Shown piece after piece: positions 5,909 through 11,102 of a stretch of 11,102 bases of DNA (the first letter of the stretch is position 1; the number at the start of each line of letters is the position of its first letter). Source of the DNA: Promethearchaeota archaeon (GTDB lineage Archaea; Asgardarchaeota; Lokiarchaeia; Sigyniarchaeales; SOKP01); the NCBI GenBank assembly GCA_011364975.1, contig RDOE01000094.1, positions 1 to 11,102 of the forward strand, written 5' to 3'. The notes under the pieces were generated by a model. It had not been told where the DNA came from. It did not search any database and saw nothing but the letters and a program-made list of their open reading frames with translations. The translations under genes and the position numbers were made by a program.

Positions 5909-6661
5909 GTGATTCTTATAGCAAAGAATATGGGAAATACGAATGAAACTACGAAATCTGACGAACCAGAGGCTGAAGCTAAAGAAAATCCTGTTTATGT
6001 TAAAGTAGATGAAACAACGAGGCATAAGATTGATAAATATAAAGAATTAGGTATCACGATGTCTAAACTTATTCAAGATGCTGTGACATTATATGATGAT
6101 TTTTCTTCTTTGAAACCTGAAATTAAGGGAGTAATAGAGAAATATAAACAAGAAGAGGAATCTGTTATTGATTTTTTAGAGAAAGCAGTAAAATTTTATG
6201 GTGATCAGCGGGATTTAGATCGAGATTTATTCCTTCGAATGAGAGAAGAAATGAAAATGATGTTAATTGGTAAAACTACATTTAATCAATTAATAGCTGC
6301 TGCAAAAGAACCAAAAGATGCAAGAGAATTACCAATTAAACGAAATGTAGCTTTTGATTTAATAATGTGGTATAATAAGTCAAGACCTCTAAAGCATCTT
6401 ACGATTGAGGAAATAATTGAGACTGTAAAGAAGATTTGGGTAGTTGCAAATTATTTTTACGTAATTGACGTTAGCCAGGAAAGTGAGGATGAATTTCATT
6501 TACTTTTCCGTCATCGACAAGACAAGAATTATTCAGAGTATTGGTTAAATTACTTTACTGAATTATTTAATTCAAAAGAACTCGGATTTAAATGTATGAT
6601 TGAAGGTCAAGCGTTTGATGAAAGTATTAGTATGACAATAAAAATTGGTTATGAAGAATAG
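5909..6661 (+). CDS. Putative transcriptional regulator: N-terminal ribbon-helix-helix plus C-terminal alpha/beta (possibly V4R/H-NOX-like) domain
   Basis: VYVKVDETTRHKIDKYKELGITMSKLIQDAVTLY fits the RHH strand-helix-turn-helix pattern. The start is uncertain (GTG 5909 or ATG 5930). Confidence 0.6.
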   Translation: MILIAKNMGNTNETTKSDEPEAEAKENPVYVKVDETTRHKIDKYKELGITMSKLIQDAVTLYDDFSSLKPEIKGVIEKYKQEEESVIDFLEKAVKFYGDQRDLDRDLFLRMREEMKMMLIGKTTFNQLIAAAKEPKDARELPIKRNVAFDLIMWYNKSRPLKHLTIEEIIETVKKIWVVANYFYVIDVSQESEDEFHLLFRHRQDKNYSEYWLNYFTELFNSKELGFKCMIEGQAFDESISMTIKIGYEE

Positions 6662-6917
6662 TGTTTTTTAACATTTTTTATAAACTAACCTACACTTGCT
6701 ATCTAACTTTTGATTATCTATTTTGTAGATCATACTAAAATCCGGTATTCTACGTTTGCATAAATTATTTTTTCAATAAATCTCTTATAATGATAATTTT
6801 ATTAGTAATTAGAAAATCTTAATATTTCATTAACAATTAAAACTTATTTGTAATTTTATAAAGTTTATAATTTTGATATAGAAAATATACTTCAAAATTA
6901 CTTAACGGAATCATCTT

Positions 6918-7322
6918 ATGTTAGATATTATTTTAATACAACATGCAGATACAGGAATTAATCTTTTGGAGTATCGCCAAGTAAATACCCGAATGAAACT
7001 TGAACATTCGGATATCTTTAGTGGGTTCATGACTGCTATACAAAACATTACTTCTGAATTAGATATAGGGTATGTGGTCCTCATATCTACTGAAGGAAAA
7101 AAGGGCCATAATTGTATAATTATCCCAAAATATCCTATAAATGTAATTCTATTAGTTGATCAAGAAGATCCAATCGACTTATGGAAAGAAGAAGGCAGAA
7201 AGATCGCTAACAAATTTATTGAAAGTTTCGGATTTTCATTTGACCCTAGTCAGGTACAATTATTTCAATCATTTATAACTGTTATTAAAGAGCTCTGCGC
7301 TACTAATGAATATTGCGAATAA
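6918..7322 (+). CDS. Longin/roadblock-like small protein of Asgard type
   Basis: 134 aa; N-terminal beta-hairpin (IILIQHADTGINLLEY), helix IFSGFMTAIQNITSEL, three strands, then helices ending FIESF...FQSFITVI, matching longin topology. Confidence 0.6.
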   Translation: MLDIILIQHADTGINLLEYRQVNTRMKLEHSDIFSGFMTAIQNITSELDIGYVVLISTEGKKGHNCIIIPKYPINVILLVDQEDPIDLWKEEGRKIANKFIESFGFSFDPSQVQLFQSFITVIKELCATNEYCE

Positions 7323-7412
7323 ATAAAATATAGTAGCAAATATAAAGCTTAATTATTAGATAATAATATTAAATCATTTAAAATAAAAAGAATAAAAAAT
7401 AAGATAATTTAT

Positions 7413-8396
7413 TTAAGGAAGAAAATCATCAAACGCCCAGTAATGTTCTTCTTCTTGCTGAATAATGTCTTCAAACATCTTTTTGGTTTTAATATCTCCC
7501 AGTTTCGTAGCTTCATCAATAACTTTTCGATAGAGGACAATGGCATAATTTTCAGCTTCCCTATCAAGTTTAATAAAATCATCTTCATTATTTCCAATTT
7601 CTGGAACGGGATTTATATCAGCGACAGCTTCACGATCAATTTCATAAATTCTCTCTGAAATCATTTCCATGTGTTCCATTTCTTGAAGAAATGTTTTCTT
7701 TAATATACCAGAAATTACACCCGCTTTGTTTTTTCCAGTAGCAACTTCTAGTGGCGCTTTTTTCTTACGTAACCTTTCTAAACCATCAGCTTTTTCATGC
7801 TGAGTAGTATATTGAACAATCGCAGAGATTTCGCTTGCTAAGGCTTTATTCAATAAAGCTATATATTCTTTATTATTAAAAATTGACCTCCATTCAGATT
7901 CAGGGGTCTCTGCCAGATCAGGTTCACTTTCCATTTCATTATAATCTTGAAATTTAAGTAAATGTTCTTCTTCATCACTGTAAATTTTCATAAATAATTG
8001 CCATGTTTCCCGATCTCCAATAGCTTTAGCAGCTTCAATTATTTCGCGGTACATTGCTAATGCTTCTTCTTCCGCTTTTAAATCAAGCTTGGCAAATTCC
8101 TTCATTGTATTTCCAATTGTAATTTTTGATGGTTTCGTTGTAGCTTCTCCACCTAAGATATAAATTCGTTCCATTATTGCACCTAAATGTTTCATTTCTT
8201 GAATGGCTAATTCTTTGAGAAGTTTTCCAAATTCTTCATAAGTAGTAGTCTCTAAAAGATAATTCTCTTTAATTACTTTACGTAATAATTTCTCCATTTT
8301 AGTATGTTGAAGCATATATTGAGCAGAAACTTGTATTTCTCTTGCTACAGCTTTATTTAAAAGGGCAATATATTCATCTGTTACTTTAATAACCAT
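7413..8396 (-). CDS. Tandem double ferritin-like (bacterioferritin-like) di-iron protein
   Basis: Two homologous four-helix bundles, each starting EYIALLNKA. Ferroxidase-type ligands E20/E67-M-K-H70/E109/E142-E-E-H145 and E189/E239-M-E-H242/E282/E315-E-E-H318. Confidence 0.9.
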   Translation of the reverse strand: MVIKVTDEYIALLNKAVAREIQVSAQYMLQHTKMEKLLRKVIKENYLLETTTYEEFGKLLKELAIQEMKHLGAIMERIYILGGEATTKPSKITIGNTMKEFAKLDLKAEEEALAMYREIIEAAKAIGDRETWQLFMKIYSDEEEHLLKFQDYNEMESEPDLAETPESEWRSIFNNKEYIALLNKALASEISAIVQYTTQHEKADGLERLRKKKAPLEVATGKNKAGVISGILKKTFLQEMEHMEMISERIYEIDREAVADINPVPEIGNNEDDFIKLDREAENYAIVLYRKVIDEATKLGDIKTKKMFEDIIQQEEEHYWAFDDFLP

Positions 8397-8512
8397 ATTA
8401 GATTCCTTTTTTTAGATTTTTCATTAAATATTATTGAGATTGTATTAAAAAGTTTATTCTTAAAAATTATAGATATATAAAGTTTTTAATGATAATATCC
8501 ATAATTTAGCTT

Positions 8513-9592
8513 ATGAAATTCTTTTCATTAGATCAACTAAAATCTTACGATAATGAAATCGGACCTCTTGTTGAATTATCCTTTAATAATGAAAGTTCGG
8601 CCTTAATCTCAGAATATGGAGGCCGGTTATTAGGGTTATTTCCTCAAGAAAATATAATAAGCTTGCTTTGGGTTAATCCAAGAATAAAAGAAGTTGTTAA
8701 ATCACGAGAAAGAGCTATTGGGGGTGATAGATATTGGATCAGTCCTGAACGAGAGTTTTTTTATGAAAAACCTGAAACCTGGGAAGGTTGGTTTTGTCCT
8801 CCAGGCTTAGATCCCGCTATGTATGATATTTTAGATAGTAATTCTACATCATGTACACTCTCGAGTCCCCTTACAGTAAAATCTCAGGTTACCAAGCAAA
8901 TATTTAGCGGAGAAATCACAAGACAGATCTCATTAATAAAAGAGCCAATAAAAACAGGTATTTCATATTGTGGGGTTGAATTTCTTGATGATTGCGTTCT
9001 ATACGCACCAAATCTTAAAATTAACGGGTGGTCTTTGGCATGCATCATCAGCGGAGGGGCTTCAAATCCCGGAACGGTCCTAATTCCGACTAAATCAAAT
9101 CCTAAACCGCTTTCTTATTTCAGAACTATACCAAGTAATAGGATAAAGGTTCAAGAAAATTATATTGCCTTCAAAATTGATGTTGAAGATATTTATAAAT
9201 TAGCAGTTCGACCTAACGATATTGATTTTTCTAGAAAAGCTAAAATTGGATACATCTTAAGAGTTCCTGATTCAGATTACTTTGGCTTATTAGTTAAATT
9301 ATCAGATGACATTCCAAGATCTCAAGCAGATTGTTTCGATATTGCTCGAGATAACCCAGATGGCGAGATTGGTGTAATTCAATCATATAACTCAGAATCT
9401 CCAGAAAAACCTAGTGTTCTAAAATATGGAGAGATTGAACTACAACTAAGTAAATTTGAAAATATTGATAATAGTTCCCATGGAAAAGCTAAACACCAAA
9501 TTATTAATTATTTTGGAACAAAGAATGAAATATTAGACGTAATAGAAAAATATTTTGGGATTATTCAACCGATCCTTTTTGAAAAAGCTTAA
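8513..9592 (+). CDS. Hypothetical protein, probable galactose-mutarotase-like beta-sandwich fold (DUF4380/DUF6786-like)
   Basis: ISEYGGRLLGL...LLWVNP and GGDRYWISPE motifs are typical of aldose-epimerase-like superfamily N-termini; YGEIELQ near the C-terminus. Confidence 0.55.
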   Translation: MKFFSLDQLKSYDNEIGPLVELSFNNESSALISEYGGRLLGLFPQENIISLLWVNPRIKEVVKSRERAIGGDRYWISPEREFFYEKPETWEGWFCPPGLDPAMYDILDSNSTSCTLSSPLTVKSQVTKQIFSGEITRQISLIKEPIKTGISYCGVEFLDDCVLYAPNLKINGWSLACIISGGASNPGTVLIPTKSNPKPLSYFRTIPSNRIKVQENYIAFKIDVEDIYKLAVRPNDIDFSRKAKIGYILRVPDSDYFGLLVKLSDDIPRSQADCFDIARDNPDGEIGVIQSYNSESPEKPSVLKYGEIELQLSKFENIDNSSHGKAKHQIINYFGTKNEILDVIEKYFGIIQPILFEKA

Positions 9593-9651
9593 TATGCGCT
9601 CTATTTTAATTAAAAAATATAACTCTTTCAATTAGTTATTAGGTAATAAAC

Positions 9652-10560
9652 ATGACTCAAAAAAGAAAAGTAAAATATCAACAACTAATAATCATCTTTA
9701 TTATATATATTGCCTTATGGTTAGTTCTGGTACCTATGATAAAATCACCCCAATTTCCTTTAAATGTGGATGTTTCTTTAAGTGAGTTTGTTCCTGCTCA
9801 AGATATATTGACAGAGCTAGCTACAATTTTTATCATTATTCTTCCACTGACTAGTATATTAAGTCTTCTTATAGGGGGCTACATACTAACACCAATAGTA
9901 ATAATATTGCATAAACTATTCTTTAGATCCAAGAATTTTTATGGTATTCAATATGAAAGCCATCTAGAAGAAAGACGTTTTTTATCCCTTGGTTTCTATC
10001 CAGTTTTAATGTCCATCAATCTGGCTTCAATTTTTAATAGACCAGAAATATGGGGCTTCCTTTTAGAGTCTAATTTAATTGCAGATATTAATAATGTTTG
10101 GAGAATCCCAGCATTGACTCGGTTTTTTGCTTTGACTATCTTATTAATGTTTACATATGGCATTTCAATTTTTCTTTTTTCACCAGTCTGGTATTTAAGG
10201 GATTCAGGTATAATTTACACAAATAAACGAAAAATAGAACAATCTCAGGAATCATTTAATTTAAAGTCTTTAGGAGATTGGTTCCAAACCTTATTGAAAA
10301 GTTATGCCGGAATTGGAGCAATCTTAACCTATATCTTTATCGTTTATCTTATCACAACAAGCTTTATAAACGAATGGGATATTGCAGTTTTAATCTTATG
10401 GTTTGGACTCCCTTTTTACTTAGTGCTTTCAATGATTCCAGCTCTGATTTTTAATGATTTGATTAGAGGACATAGGATTAATTTCACTAGAAAATTAGCT
10501 TATAAAATGGGGATAAAGGAAAAAGCGATTACATCCTTTGAATTTAAAGCGATTGAGTAA
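9652..10560 (+). CDS. Polytopic membrane protein of unknown function (about 6 TM segments)
   Basis: 302-aa ORF with multiple long hydrophobic stretches and a WYLRDSGIIY loop; 59 nt downstream of 8513-9592. Confidence 0.75.
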   Translation: MTQKRKVKYQQLIIIFIIYIALWLVLVPMIKSPQFPLNVDVSLSEFVPAQDILTELATIFIIILPLTSILSLLIGGYILTPIVIILHKLFFRSKNFYGIQYESHLEERRFLSLGFYPVLMSINLASIFNRPEIWGFLLESNLIADINNVWRIPALTRFFALTILLMFTYGISIFLFSPVWYLRDSGIIYTNKRKIEQSQESFNLKSLGDWFQTLLKSYAGIGAILTYIFIVYLITTSFINEWDIAVLILWFGLPFYLVLSMIPALIFNDLIRGHRINFTRKLAYKMGIKEKAITSFEFKAIE

Positions 10561-10570
10561 AAAATAAAGA

Positions 10571-10599
10571 AATATTAGAGAATATATTTCTCTAATATT
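10571..10599. terminator. Perfect 12-bp inverted repeat; possible terminator, RNA-stability hairpin or protein-binding site
   Basis: AATATTAGAGAA-TATAT-TTCTCTAATATT, 10 nt after the stop codon at 10560. Confidence 0.4.
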
Positions 10600-10883
10600 C
10601 ATTAGATGCCCTCTATATAAAATCTCTCCATTGAATCTAATGAAACTTGAAGGGAAATTTTATAAGATTAGTTATTCAATTTTCATATTTAAAAGAATAA
10701 GGATTGATTTTTTACATAAATATCTTGAATGAAATTTATTTATAAATTTCTTCAATTTTAAAACATTACAAAACAGAAAATAATATAAATATATTTAACG
10801 AAATCTTATAATTGCAATCAATTTGGATATTATTGATAATCTTCTTTAGATATTCAAACAGGATATCATTTTTGGGTTAAATA

Positions 10884-11102
10884 ATGCGCTATAACATTAT
10901 TAAAGCTTCAGAAGTATTGGAAAATCCTAGCTTTCAAGGTGTACTTGAAATTGCAAAAGAAATAATCAATCAAAATAAAGTCTTAAATACTGAAATGTTA
11001 TATAACATCGCTAAAAAGAAGCTGAATATCCCCCGAAAGGGATTACTAAGCATAATCCAAACTCTCCTAAATAGAAAAATCCTGGTTGAAGGTTCTAAAT
11101 AT
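10884..11102 (+). CDS. 5' part of a probable winged-helix transcriptional regulator (truncated by window edge)
   Basis: Hand-translated open frame of 73 codons, absent from the ORF track: MRYNIIKASEVLENPSFQGVLEIAKEIINQNKVLNTEMLYNIAKKKLNIPRKGLLSIIQTLLNRKILVEGSKY. It shows a helix-helix-recognition helix-wing pattern. Confidence 0.6.
   Translation, partial: MRYNIIKASEVLENPSFQGVLEIAKEIINQNKVLNTEMLYNIAKKKLNIPRKGLLSIIQTLLNRKILVEGSKY

Noticed and set aside
7409-7658. ORFs 7409-7597 (-) and 7443-7658 (+)
   Set aside because: Alternative-frame and antisense overlaps of the ferritin-like gene, whose own frame is intact.

Overview
AT-rich chromosomal window, most likely from an Asgard archaeon (Lokiarchaeia-like). 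This assignment is inferred from the BHB-type tRNA intron, GAGGTGA/AGGAGG ribosome-binding sites, a longin-like small protein and a Loki-type winged-helix protein. Left end, minus strand: tRNA-Thr(GGU) with a 29-nt intron in the D-loop, followed by a truncated intron-containing tRNA-Met(CAU). From 5546 down to 421 runs a co-oriented minus-strand cluster: a membrane protein with two zinc ribbons, an NfeD/YqiJ-like protein with an alternating acidic tract, a 64-aa tail-anchored protein, a paralogous NfeD/YqiJ-like protein with 26 tandem Asp-His-hydrophobic triplets, a flotillin-like SPFH protein, a beta-carbonic anhydrase with a long C-terminal extension, and a possible 40-aa basic ORF. The right half holds a divergent RHH-type regulator, a longin-like protein, a tandem double bacterioferritin-like protein, a galactose-mutarotase-fold-like protein, a polytopic membrane protein and the start of a winged-helix regulator. 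The best candidate for a new system is the flotillin + twin NfeD + carbonic anhydrase cluster, in which the two paralogs carry chemically different putative ion-binding polymers. No CRISPR array or mobile element was seen. All family calls are from motif recognition by eye; no searches were run.
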